DNA of 27,195 nucleotides, from NCBI GenBank assembly GCA_036677365.1, contig JAVBWN010000037.1:1-27195 (forward strand), read 5' to 3'. The DNA comes from Acholeplasma sp. Lineage in GTDB: Bacteria > Bacillota_I > Bacilli_A > Acholeplasmatales > UBA5453. The notes under the pieces are model-generated. The model saw only the letters and a list, made by a program, of their open reading frames with translations, was not told the origin of the DNA and ran no database searches. Numbering within the stretch: the first letter of the stretch is position 1; every line of letters begins with the position of its first letter. The position numbers and the translations under genes are program-made. Positions 17,810-26,791 of the stretch are shown piece by piece.

Positions 17810-19589
17810 ATTCAAATTGGGCTTGATATAGTTTGTTGTAAAAACCTTGTTTTTCGATCAATTCATCGTGCTTGCCTTGTTCAACAATGTTACCATCTTT
17901 GATGACTAAAATCAAATCGGCATTTTGGATGGTGGATAATCGATGTGCGATGACAAATGTGGTTTTGTTTTCCATCAGCTTCAACATGGCTTGTTGAATG
18001 TGGATTTCTGTTTGGGTATCGACGTTGGATGTCGCTTCATCGAGAATCAGCATCTTGGTGTTGGATAACATGGCTCTTGCGATGACCAGCAATTGCTTTT
18101 GGCCTTTAGAAATGTTCAATCCTTCATCGGTTAACTCCGTATCATACCCTTGTGGTAATGCTTCGATGAAATGATGGATTTTGGCTTTTTTTGCGGCTTC
18201 GATGATTTGTTCACGGGTGACATCGCCATTGCCATAAGCAATGTTATCCGCCATGGAACCAGTGAATAGCCACGTGTCTTGTAAAACCATCGAGAATGCC
18301 CTACGAAGTGAGTCTCTGGTATAATCTTGGATGTTTTTACCATCGGCGATGATTTCACCCGAGTCAACATCATAGAAACGCATTAAAAGATTGATCAATG
18401 TCGTTTTACCAGCCCCTGTTGGACCTACAATTGCAACCACTTGTCCAGGTTTGGCTTTAAAACTTAAGTTTTGAATGATTGGGGTTTTCTTATCATACGA
18501 GAAATGGACGGATTCAAAACGAATATCACCAGACACATCTTCATATTTGATGGCTTCTGTTTTATCCAATACTTCTTCTTTTAGATCTATCAATCCAAAG
18601 ACACGTTCAGCGGCAGCGAGCGCGCTTTGAATGTCAGCTAAGATGTTGCTCATTTGGTTGATTGGACCAGAAAAGCGTCTAGAATAGAGCGTAAAGCTGG
18701 TCAATTTGCCTAAATCGATTTGACCTCTGAAATACAGTAGCCCCCCAAATACACCGACCAATGTGACTGAAAGGTTCGATATAAAGTTGACCGTTGGCCC
18801 GACAATGGTAGAATAATAGCCGGCTTGATATGAGGCATCCGATGCTTCATCATTGATGATGTCAAAACGGCTCAGTACGGCGGCTTCTGATACATAAGAT
18901 TGTACCGTTTTTTGTCCGGTAATCATCTCTTCAGAGAACCCATTGAGCTCACCCAATTTGGCGTTTCTCAATCTAAATTTCTTTTTAACGATTTTGGATA
19001 ATGCCCTTGTAAATATGAATGATAATGGGATGGTCACTAAGAATACCAACGATAATATAGGTGACATGATCAGCATCATCACAAGTGAGATCACAACGGT
19101 GATTAACGAGGTAAAGATGGAGACCACATCGGTCGCAAGCGAGGTATTGATGGTATCGATATCATAAGAAATCTTAGATATGATATCCCCTGTTTGGTTT
19201 TGGTCAAAGAAGGAAACTGGGACTTTGGTGAGTTTATCAAATACATCCTTACGCATTTTATAAACGACACTTTGACTGATTCTAACCATCGCTATGGAGA
19301 GCGCATAGTTCAAAATTGAACTCAGTGCGTAAAAGACAATCATCAACCCTGCAAATAAAAATACTTGATCAAATTGAACACCATTTTCCATGGCGGAAAT
19401 GGTTCTACCGGTGAGATATGGTCCAACCAACGATAACAAGTTGGATACGATGGTTAAGAAAATGGCTAAGGCTAAACGCCATTTATAATAGGTGAGGTAA
19501 TCCCATAAGCGTTTGATGACATACTTACGATTTTTGGCCTTTTGGCTACCATCGTTACTTCTTCGGGATTGTTTGCCTGCATACATCAT
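17808..19589 (-). CDS. ABC exporter, fused permease/ATPase (subunit with consensus Walker B)
   Basis: N-terminal TMD; GPTGAGKTT, ISKGQ, LDEATS, IAHRLST. Confidence 0.93.
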   Translation of the reverse strand: MMYAGKQSRRSNDGSQKAKNRKYVIKRLWDYLTYYKWRLALAIFLTIVSNLLSLVGPYLTGRTISAMENGVQFDQVFLFAGLMIVFYALSSILNYALSIAMVRISQSVVYKMRKDVFDKLTKVPVSFFDQNQTGDIISKISYDIDTINTSLATDVVSIFTSLITVVISLVMMLIMSPILSLVFLVTIPLSFIFTRALSKIVKKKFRLRNAKLGELNGFSEEMITGQKTVQSYVSEAAVLSRFDIINDEASDASYQAGYYSTIVGPTVNFISNLSVTLVGVFGGLLYFRGQIDLGKLTSFTLYSRRFSGPINQMSNILADIQSALAAAERVFGLIDLKEEVLDKTEAIKYEDVSGDIRFESVHFSYDKKTPIIQNLSFKAKPGQVVAIVGPTGAGKTTLINLLMRFYDVDSGEIIADGKNIQDYTRDSLRRAFSMVLQDTWLFTGSMADNIAYGNGDVTREQIIEAAKKAKIHHFIEALPQGYDTELTDEGLNISKGQKQLLVIARAMLSNTKMLILDEATSNVDTQTEIHIQQAMLKLMENKTTFVIAHRLSTIQNADLILVIKDGNIVEQGKHDELIEKQGFYNKLYQAQFE

Positions 19590-21313
19590 ACGCGTGCACC
19601 TCCCATTTGGTGTTTGGCCAAGAGTTGATAGGTATCTGATGTCTTTAATAGTTCTTCATGGGTACCCTTCGCTATGATTTTGCCTTCATCCATGACTAAG
19701 ATCAAATCCGCTTCTTTCAAGCTAGAAATGCGTTGAGCAATGATGATTTTGGTTGTATGTGCCAAAGTTTCATTGAGTTTTTTACGCATTTTCATGTCGG
19801 TTTGGTAATCTAGGGCAGACGATGCGTCGTCTAAAATCAGGACATCTGGTTTACCAGCTATGGCTCTAGCGATCAATATGCGTTGCTTTTGCCCTCCCGA
19901 TAAGTTCATCCCTCGGGTCGCCATCATCGCTTCAAACGCATCTTCTCTTTCGTAGATGAATTCGGCTTGTGCGATACGGGTCGCCATATCGATGTCGTAA
20001 TGACCAATCTTGTTTCGATTGAACTGAATATTTTGATAAATCGATTCTGAGAAAATCAAATCCTGTTGTAAAACCAATCCAATACGACTACGTAAATCTT
20101 TAACTTTCAGTTGTTGAATTGGCTTTCCATAATAGAGGATATCCCCTTCAGTAGCATCATAAAAACGCATCAACAAGTTGACCAATGTCGTTTTACCTGA
20201 CCCTGTAGAACCAATGATGCCTAATGTCTGACCTTCATAAAGTTCAAATGAAATATCTTCGATGTTGTATTTTTGCTTATTATAGGAGAAAGAAACATGG
20301 TTGAATGCGATGTGGGGTAATTTGGGATTGACTTCAATGATGTCATCGCCATCTTTAATTTCATTCGGTGCATTCAACACCTCATCAATTCTCGCCCCAG
20401 AGGCCTGTGCACGGGATAACATGACAAATACTCGAGTGATGGACATCATCGCATTCAAAATGATGGTAAAATAGGTCACAAATGCGGTGATATCACCTTT
20501 TTGAACATAGCCTTGATCCAATCTAAAGGCCCCAAATACCAACACAAGCACCAATCCTATGTTGACAATGGCATTCATCAGTGGGTTGATTTTCGCCATG
20601 GTGATGTGGGCTTTCAACTCACCTTCTACTGTACGTTGGTTGTCACGGTCAAAACGTTGTTGTTCATGTTCACTCATCGATAGCGATTTAATGACGCGCG
20701 CACCCGTGATGAATTCACGCACAGTACGGATCAAACGGTCCACTCGAATTTGAATTTCTTTATAGAGGGGGATCCCTTTTTTAGAAACCACATACACAAC
20801 CAACCCAATGAATGGTAGTGTCGCGATCATGACCAAAGTCAATATAGGGTCAACCAAGAATGACATAAAAATACCGCCAATCAACAACACAGGGGCTCTG
20901 ACCCCTAAACGTTGAATCCCTGCCGTGGAGTTATACAAATTATAGGTATCTGTGGTCATACGTGAAATCAGTGATGGCCGTGTGAATTGGTCGATTTGGG
21001 CTGAGGACAATCCTTCAATCTTTTCAAAGACTTGATGTCTCAAGCCACGGATCGCTTCGGCTGCGATACGTTCAGCGGTACGGTTGGCGAAAATATTCAT
21101 CAACCAGCCTGCCAAAGCAATTAAAAACATGTAAATACCAATCCAATAAATTGGCCATAAATTGTCTGCGTTTGTGGTCGGAATGACGTCATCAATCATA
21201 TAAGCAATTAAAAATGGTAAAAAAAGGTCGGTGATTGACCCCAGCATTTTTAAGGTTAATGAGACCGTCAGTGTGCGCCAAAACGGCTTTAATAATTCTA
21301 AGATTTTTTTCAT
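19586..21313 (-). CDS. ABC exporter, fused permease/ATPase (degenerate subunit)
   Basis: GSTGSGKTT, LSGGQ, LDDASSALD (Glu to Asp) and AQR (His to Gln), as in TmrAB/BmrCD-type heterodimers. ATG 21313 preferred on RBS spacing; the track start is 21322. Confidence 0.92.
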   Translation of the reverse strand: MKKILELLKPFWRTLTVSLTLKMLGSITDLFLPFLIAYMIDDVIPTTNADNLWPIYWIGIYMFLIALAGWLMNIFANRTAERIAAEAIRGLRHQVFEKIEGLSSAQIDQFTRPSLISRMTTDTYNLYNSTAGIQRLGVRAPVLLIGGIFMSFLVDPILTLVMIATLPFIGLVVYVVSKKGIPLYKEIQIRVDRLIRTVREFITGARVIKSLSMSEHEQQRFDRDNQRTVEGELKAHITMAKINPLMNAIVNIGLVLVLVFGAFRLDQGYVQKGDITAFVTYFTIILNAMMSITRVFVMLSRAQASGARIDEVLNAPNEIKDGDDIIEVNPKLPHIAFNHVSFSYNKQKYNIEDISFELYEGQTLGIIGSTGSGKTTLVNLLMRFYDATEGDILYYGKPIQQLKVKDLRSRIGLVLQQDLIFSESIYQNIQFNRNKIGHYDIDMATRIAQAEFIYEREDAFEAMMATRGMNLSGGQKQRILIARAIAGKPDVLILDDASSALDYQTDMKMRKKLNETLAHTTKIIIAQRISSLKEADLILVMDEGKIIAKGTHEELLKTSDTYQLLAKHQMGGARV

Positions 21314-21398
21314 CAAAAACACTTCCTGTAATTATCTTATCACATTAGTGTTGTTTTTTTATTTTTAATTTTGTATAATAATTTTGCTGCTATGAAAC

Positions 21399-21472
21399 GC
21401 CCTCATAGTTAAATGGTATAACGCAGCCATGGTAAGGCTGTATTGCAAGTTCGATTCTCGCTGAGGGCACCA
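21399..21472 (+). tRNA. tRNA-Thr(GGU)
   Basis: Acceptor GCCCTCA/TGAGGGC, anticodon arm CAGCC-ATGGTAA-GGCTG, TTCGATT loop, encoded CCA. Confidence 0.95.
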
Positions 21473-21481
21473 TTTGAATAT

Positions 21482-21509
21482 AAACCCCATTTGGGGTTTT
21501 TCTTTTTTT
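21482..21509 (+). terminator. Terminator after tRNA-Thr
   Basis: AAACCCCA-TT-TGGGGTTT plus a T-rich tail. Confidence 0.8.
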
Positions 21510-21548
21510 GGCGTGTCCTTTGGTATATATTGACCGGAGGATATAACT

Positions 21549-21926
21549 ATGAAAAAAATAAATACATTGTTTCTATTATTATTTGTCTTGTGTTTGAGTG
21601 GGTGTGATTTCAACATCGATGACCCTGTCGCATCCATACCTTTAGAACGTGCCATCAAGAGTGGTGATATCACTTGGCTGGATGCAACCCAAGGGGCATC
21701 CGCAGTTACTCTAAATTTTACCGCGAACGTAAAAATCAAAACCATCACACTTCAAGTGACTTTTTTGAATAAAGAAGGTGGCATTGTTTTTACCAATACC
21801 AAAACCATGACCAATTTGTTACCAAAAAACAACTATTCACAAAAATTTGGTATCGATTTTTTTGATATGTTATCGGTACATCAATATAGTTATAAAATTG
21901 TGTCTGGCACTGTGGATCTAACCTAA
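21549..21926 (+). CDS. Hypothetical lipoprotein
   Basis: MKK, hydrophobic stretch, LSGC lipobox; GGAGG RBS. The mature part looks beta-rich. Confidence 0.8.
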   Translation: MKKINTLFLLLFVLCLSGCDFNIDDPVASIPLERAIKSGDITWLDATQGASAVTLNFTANVKIKTITLQVTFLNKEGGIVFTNTKTMTNLLPKNNYSQKFGIDFFDMLSVHQYSYKIVSGTVDLT

Positions 21927-21927
21927 C

Positions 21928-21956
21928 AAAAACCCATGCGTTTGCATGGGCTTTTT
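21928..21956. terminator. Bidirectional terminator
   Basis: CCCATGC-GTTT-GCATGGG flanked by A and T runs, between convergent genes. Confidence 0.8.
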
Positions 21957-21969
21957 AGAGAGAGCTATG

Positions 21970-22320
21970 TCAAGATCCAGCACAACTGGATAAGCCAAGT
22001 AAGAGGATGCCAATCAATAGTATGAAATAACTGAACGGTGTAGTAAAAATACCTAACAGTGTCTTCACGATTTTCATTTCAAACTGGTGTTTCTTCTTTT
22101 GTATGTGGAAATAAATCAGTAAACCGAAACCAGCAATGAAATGAATATAGTGGTAATTAAAATAAATGACGGCGAAACTTATCAACGCATCTGGAGCGGC
22201 AATCACATTTTGAGTTAGGATGTACCCCGCCATAAATAATAAGACGCTCAGTAAAAACATACCCAGAGAGACATAAAAATAAATGTTTTGTATTTTCTTG
22301 TTTTTTTGTAGAGGATCCAT
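21970..22320 (-). CDS. Hypothetical membrane protein (about 3 TM)
   Basis: 116 aa hydrophobic ORF with an AAAGGTGG RBS. Confidence 0.7.
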   Translation of the reverse strand: MDPLQKNKKIQNIYFYVSLGMFLLSVLLFMAGYILTQNVIAAPDALISFAVIYFNYHYIHFIAGFGLLIYFHIQKKKHQFEMKIVKTLLGIFTTPFSYFILLIGILLLGLSSCAGS

Positions 22321-22384
22321 AGATTATGCCACCTTTCATATTCATTATAAAATACTTTGATATTCAATGCTTTGTTCAGGGTTG

Positions 22385-22472
22385 AAAAAAAAGACAGATT
22401 TATAAAAATGTCCATTTTGTCAAAAAAAGTCATCGATTTTTAACAAAATTCGCATTTTCAGTCTGTCTTTTT
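22385..22472 (-). terminator. Long imperfect hairpin / terminator after speB
   Basis: Four nested stems closed by AAAAAGACAGA/TCTGTCTTTTT; U8 on the minus strand. Confidence 0.55.
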
Positions 22473-22478
22473 CTTTTA

Positions 22479-23339
22479 TTATCGGTGTAAAATGAGTACC
22501 ATTTCTCTTAAAGTCTTCACAGCAACTGCATTTGAAGCCCCCGATGGGTCTAAATATGGGTTGAGTTCAACGAAGTCTGCACCAACGATGTTATTCAAGT
22601 TTTCAAATAAATCGAAGGCTTTTAAGAGGTCCTTGTATTGCATCCCACCTGGTTCAGCGGTACCTGTACCAGGGAATACACCTGGGTCTAGTACATCTAA
22701 ATCGATGGTGATGTATACCGGTTTGTCTTTGATTTTTTCAATCGCTTCAGCCAAACCTTCAAAGTCAAACTTTCTTAAGAATGTGTTGCCAGCTGCAGCC
22801 CATTCAAATTCGTGTTTGTCCCCTGAACGAATCCCGAATTGGTAAATTCTACCTGGACCAAGTACATCAAAACAACGTCTCAATACCGTTGCATGCGATA
22901 ATTTTCTACCAAAGAATTCATCTCTTAAGTCGGTATGCGCATCCAAATGAATCATGTGTAAATCTGGATACTTTTCAGCTACCGCTTGAACCACAGGTAG
23001 GGTAACTAAGTGTTCGCCACCAATCATCATTGGTTTTTTGTTGTCTTTTAGAATTTGCTTGGTGGTTTCATAGATCACTTGAAGTGCATCTTCTACTGCC
23101 CCAATAGGTAAGTCAAGGTCACCAATATCACAGGTCGGATAGTCTTTTAGACTCATATCACGATACGGTGAATACCACTCAATCCCGAAGGAATCCACAC
23201 GGATCGCATTGCCTGCGAAACGGGTGCCTGGTCGATACGATGTGGTTGCGTCCATTGGACATGAATAGATGACCACGCTGGCGTCATCGTATTCGGATTT
23301 ACAACTTTGAAATGACAAATCTACTTTTTTAAAGCTCAT
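22479..23339 (-). CDS. speB: Agmatinase
   Basis: Ureohydrolase motifs GGEH, DAHTD, SHAT and DLDVLDP..FPGTG..EPGG. Confidence 0.93.
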   Translation of the reverse strand: MSFKKVDLSFQSCKSEYDDASVVIYSCPMDATTSYRPGTRFAGNAIRVDSFGIEWYSPYRDMSLKDYPTCDIGDLDLPIGAVEDALQVIYETTKQILKDNKKPMMIGGEHLVTLPVVQAVAEKYPDLHMIHLDAHTDLRDEFFGRKLSHATVLRRCFDVLGPGRIYQFGIRSGDKHEFEWAAAGNTFLRKFDFEGLAEAIEKIKDKPVYITIDLDVLDPGVFPGTGTAEPGGMQYKDLLKAFDLFENLNNIVGADFVELNPYLDPSGASNAVAVKTLREMVLILHR

Positions 23340-24822
23340 CTGAGTCCTCCCATTTTTGCCAATTGTCTTTATCGATTACTTTTACATAACCATTATTTAA
23401 CTCGCTGAATATCACCGATCCACTTTGTTGATAAAAGTCCAAGTCTTCTAAGAATTGGGTGTTGATGACTTCCCCCGGGATGAGCAGTGGGATGCCTGGT
23501 GGATAAATCATGATGGATTCAGCGGAAATTTCGTTTTCGGAATCTGCCAACGGCACAATCTTGTGTGGCGCGTGGTAGGCTTCTCTTGGTCTAACATACG
23601 TTTCAGGAAAATTATAATGAAATTTAATCTTCGGTAAGGATTGATTTTGTTCATAATTTTCATCTGAAATCGTCTTTAATGCTTGATATAAGCGATCTAA
23701 GTCACGTTTGGTGGTGGCCATGGTGATGATCGCAAGCACTAGGTAAGTCTCTGCGAGTTCAAGTTGGATATCGAATCGGTCTTTGAGTGTACGGTAGACA
23801 TCAAAGCCAGACAAACCAATATCAGCAACTTTGATGACCAATTTGGTCGAATCAAATCCAAAGTCAAAACCACGCTTTAAAGCATATTCCTCTCCAATGA
23901 TTTCCACGCCTGGAATGTCATTGAACTTAGGAATCATTTTTTTTCTTAAGTCCAATGCTTTTTTAATTCCTTTTTCACCTTCAAAATACATCTGTTTTCG
24001 AGCCACATCTAGACTAGATAATAAGATAGCAGATGGTGATGTGGAATGAATCATGTTTAAGGTAGACTGGATCTTAGCATTGTCGATACGGTCGCCTTTA
24101 GTCAATAAAATGGAACTTTGGGTGAGGGATACCCCTGTTTTATGCATGGAGGTTGCTGCCACATCTGCACCAGCGGCCATGGCACTTTGCGGTAATAGAT
24201 TCGAAAAATAGAACTGCGCCCCATGGGCTTCATCACACATCACGATCATGTCTTTACTGTGGGCATAATCAACGATGTTTTTTAAATCGGAAACCACCCC
24301 AAAATACGTCGGATTGATGACAAACACCGCTTTTGCATCCGGATTGTCATCGATGGCTTTTTTCATATTAGAGAGACTGACACCATTGGCAATCCCTAAA
24401 TTATTGTCGATATCAGGTTTGACAAAAACAGGGATTGCACCACTGAAAATCAGTGCATTGATGACACTCTTATGGACATTTCTTGGCAGAATAATTTTTT
24501 CTTTGGCAGATACAGTCGCCATGATCATCGCGATGATGCCACCGGTGGTACCAGAGGTTAGAAAATAGGCTTTATCCGCGCCAAAAGCTTCTGCAGCCAA
24601 GGCTTGTGCTTCTTTGATAACGCCGGTCGGTTTACTTAAAGTATCGAGCCCTCGCGGTGCATTCGCATCCAGTTGGTATATGCCTTTGCCTGCAAATGCC
24701 GATAAATCGTTGGGTAGTCTACCTAGCTTATGACCAGGTACGTCGAATGGGACGACGTCTGATTCACCATACTCTTTGAGTTTGGTAAAAAATGGTGTTT
24801 TTTCTTGATTTAAATTCTTCAA
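23329..24822 (-). CDS. speA: Orn/Lys/Arg decarboxylase (PLP, fold I), probably arginine decarboxylase
   Basis: PFDVPGHK, PRNVHKS, DEAHG, SMHKT (PLP Lys), STSPS, YPPGIP. TTG start; overlaps speB. Confidence 0.85.
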   Translation of the reverse strand: MKNLNQEKTPFFTKLKEYGESDVVPFDVPGHKLGRLPNDLSAFAGKGIYQLDANAPRGLDTLSKPTGVIKEAQALAAEAFGADKAYFLTSGTTGGIIAMIMATVSAKEKIILPRNVHKSVINALIFSGAIPVFVKPDIDNNLGIANGVSLSNMKKAIDDNPDAKAVFVINPTYFGVVSDLKNIVDYAHSKDMIVMCDEAHGAQFYFSNLLPQSAMAAGADVAATSMHKTGVSLTQSSILLTKGDRIDNAKIQSTLNMIHSTSPSAILLSSLDVARKQMYFEGEKGIKKALDLRKKMIPKFNDIPGVEIIGEEYALKRGFDFGFDSTKLVIKVADIGLSGFDVYRTLKDRFDIQLELAETYLVLAIITMATTKRDLDRLYQALKTISDENYEQNQSLPKIKFHYNFPETYVRPREAYHAPHKIVPLADSENEISAESIMIYPPGIPLLIPGEVINTQFLEDLDFYQQSGSVIFSELNNGYVKVIDKDNWQKWEDSDEL

Positions 24823-24883
24823 TCAGATCACAACCTTTCATTTTTATTTTAACATACAGATACGAATTTCATTAAAAAAAGCC

Positions 24884-25192
24884 CTAAGGCTTCAAAAAAA
24901 ACTCAAATACGAATAAAAAGGCCAAAACGCCAATCCCGAAGGTCAGTAATGACAAGGTCCATTTATCCATCGTATCGATTTTTCTATGTCTTACATAACT
25001 GATAAAACCCACCAATAGAGCCACAACCATCATCCCCATGATGATTGCTACAAAACCATTGAATAGTGTTCCCATCGATTGGTTTAAAAACTTGGTACAA
25101 AGCACTGTACTCAATAGCAGTGTAACCGATAGCGTTACAGCCAAAACAGAAAGGTTTAAATGCACCTTTCGCAATATTACGTTTGTTTTCAT
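24884..25192 (-). CDS. Hypothetical membrane protein (about 3 TM)
   Basis: Hydrophobic ORF. ATG 25192 with an AAGGGG RBS is preferred over the track start at 25222. Confidence 0.65.
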   Translation of the reverse strand: MKTNVILRKVHLNLSVLAVTLSVTLLLSTVLCTKFLNQSMGTLFNGFVAIIMGMMVVALLVGFISYVRHRKIDTMDKWTLSLLTFGIGVLAFLFVFEFFLKP

Positions 25193-25278
25193 ATCTTTTC
25201 CCCTTAGTATTGATATTAACACATTTTTTCACTTTTTCAATATCGTTTTTTGATGGTATAATAGGCTAAGGTGAAATC

Positions 25279-26451
25279 ATGAAGAAAAAGTTCTTACCCT
25301 ACATCGTTTATTTGTCTATTTTTGTCATAATTTTTGTTTTAGTGACATTTTTTTATGATTATATGTCGACCCTGTTTGGTAGTTTTTTCTCTATGCCATT
25401 TTATTATCATCTACCCATATTCTTCGCTGCTTATTTCTTAGTCGTGATGGCACATGAACTTACCCATGCCATCGCATTTTTAATTGAAGGTATTCGTCCA
25501 AAGATGATATTGATTTTAATCTTCTTGTTCCATAAAGATACCCGATGGCATTTAACCATCGATCCTAAACTGATTATTTTGGGTGGGGGTATGGTAATGC
25601 CTGATTTTCATAAAATCCATGATGAAAAAGACATCCGATACTATCAAAAAGCAACCTCATTTAGTTTGATGGCTGCACCGACGTTTACCATTGTTTCTGC
25701 TTCTATCATGTTATTGCTCGATTTAGTATTCTTTTATCACTCACCATTATTCACGGTATTCACCTTTTATGTTGTGTTATTTAGTGCATTTTTCACCTAT
25801 ACATCGATGTTATCTGCACAAGGTATCTTTGGTGATTTTGTTGCTCACAAGCGAATCAACTCGGATGCCGTATTTGGTTTATCGGTAATTTCACAGTTTG
25901 TGGATGATATGACACCTTATCTGTATCATGAAATGAGAGACCGTTTAGCGGAACAACGCCCTTCAGATTTCAGTATACACTTACTTAATTTCTATTCGAC
26001 TTTGTTGGAAAAAGGCATTCACGAAGATACCGACATCGATACATTTTTATTGGAGAAGACCAAGGTTTTGGCTAAATCGCCCATCATCGCTAGACGCATC
26101 GCACGTCAGCACCAACAAATATTGGTCTTACAACAGGCCATTCTATACTTATATCGGGCTCAAGAAGATGATTTAATGGATCAATTGCTTCAAATTTTTT
26201 CAGAAGAGTTGGGACACATCAAATCAAAACAACCTGTGAAAACTTATTATATGAAACAAACCAATCATTTGATCGGACGGATTGATGCGAGCGATTATTT
26301 ATCAGAAACACGTCCATTTAGACTAGGTCTCATGGATTTAATCGTATCCCACCTGCCAGAATATCAAGCAGCAGAAAATGACCGTCTAAGACCAATTCAA
26401 AGATTTGAAAAAAAGGAAATGATTCATCTTGATAACGAAGAATTGATGTGA
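25279..26451 (+). CDS. Membrane protein with an HExxH motif, putative M50-like metallopeptidase
   Basis: AHELTH within a hydrophobic segment, then AAP and GD in later membrane-proximal segments, and a soluble helical C-terminus. AAGGTG RBS; TGgTATAAT at 25254..25262. Confidence 0.7.
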   Translation: MKKKFLPYIVYLSIFVIIFVLVTFFYDYMSTLFGSFFSMPFYYHLPIFFAAYFLVVMAHELTHAIAFLIEGIRPKMILILIFLFHKDTRWHLTIDPKLIILGGGMVMPDFHKIHDEKDIRYYQKATSFSLMAAPTFTIVSASIMLLLDLVFFYHSPLFTVFTFYVVLFSAFFTYTSMLSAQGIFGDFVAHKRINSDAVFGLSVISQFVDDMTPYLYHEMRDRLAEQRPSDFSIHLLNFYSTLLEKGIHEDTDIDTFLLEKTKVLAKSPIIARRIARQHQQILVLQQAILYLYRAQEDDLMDQLLQIFSEELGHIKSKQPVKTYYMKQTNHLIGRIDASDYLSETRPFRLGLMDLIVSHLPEYQAAENDRLRPIQRFEKKEMIHLDNEELM

Positions 26452-26457
26452 TATAAT
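26429..26457 (+). promoter_or_regulatory. Promoter of the tRNA-Asp-Arg-Pro cluster
   Basis: TTGATA, 17 bp, TATAAT with a TG extension. The TG is part of the upstream gene's TGA stop codon. Confidence 0.75.
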
Positions 26458-26467
26458 TCTTCTTGCC

Positions 26468-26543
26468 GGTCCGGTGGTGTAGTGGTTAACATGCCAGTCT
26501 GTCACACTGGAGATCGCGGGTTCAATTCCCGTCCGGACCGCCA
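26468..26543 (+). tRNA. tRNA-Asp(GUC)
   Basis: GGTCCGG/CCGGACC, CCAGT-CTGTCAC-ACTGG, G73, CCA. Confidence 0.97.
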
Positions 26544-26564
26544 CTATCCAACTACCAAGGCTCT

Positions 26565-26641
26565 GCGTCGTTAGCTCAACTGGATAGAGCATCTGACTTC
26601 GGATCAGAGGGTTGAGGGTTCAAATCCTTTACGACGCGCCA
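26565..26641 (+). tRNA. tRNA-Arg(UCG)
   Basis: GCGTCGT/ACGACGC, TCTGA-CTTCGGA-TCAGA, A20 in the D-loop, CCA. Confidence 0.95.
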
Positions 26642-26653
26642 CTTACTAAAAAT

Positions 26654-26730
26654 CGGGAAGTAGCTTAGCTTGGTAGAGCGCCTGGCTTGGGACCAGGAGG
26701 TCGCAGGTTCAAATCCTGTCTTCCCGACCA
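26654..26730 (+). tRNA. tRNA-Pro(UGG)
   Basis: CGGGAAG/CTTCCCG, CCTGG-CTTGGGA-CCAGG, A73, CCA. Confidence 0.96.
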
Positions 26731-26753
26731 TCATAAATTCCAAAAAAAAGTAG

Positions 26754-26782
26754 TTGACAAGTACTACCAATCTTGTTATCAT
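26754..26782 (+). promoter_or_regulatory. Dedicated promoter for tRNA-Gly
   Basis: TTGACA, 17 bp, TATCAT with a TG extension. Confidence 0.75.
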
Positions 26783-26791
26783 AATAATGCT

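Noticed and set aside
17808..21313. Degenerate Walker B and H-loop in one ABC subunit as a sign of inactivation or novelty
   Set aside because: This is the normal asymmetry of heterodimeric ABC exporters.
21365..21748. 127-aa minus-strand ORF
   Set aside because: Antisense to tRNA-Thr and the lipoprotein gene; its sequence is explained by them.
377..25253. Many 60-175 aa ORFs antisense or out of frame to well-supported genes (e.g. 2678..3202, 11862..12332, 22492..22845)
   Set aside because: Shadow ORFs of real genes, with no recognisable motifs.
26654..26730. Reading the tRNA-Pro anticodon as GGG
   Set aside because: The 7-nt loop CTTGGGA places TGG at 34-36 with G37.
26386..26782. Two 68-aa minus-strand ORFs
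   Set aside because: Antisense translations of tRNA genes (GIEPA and GFEPAT artefacts).
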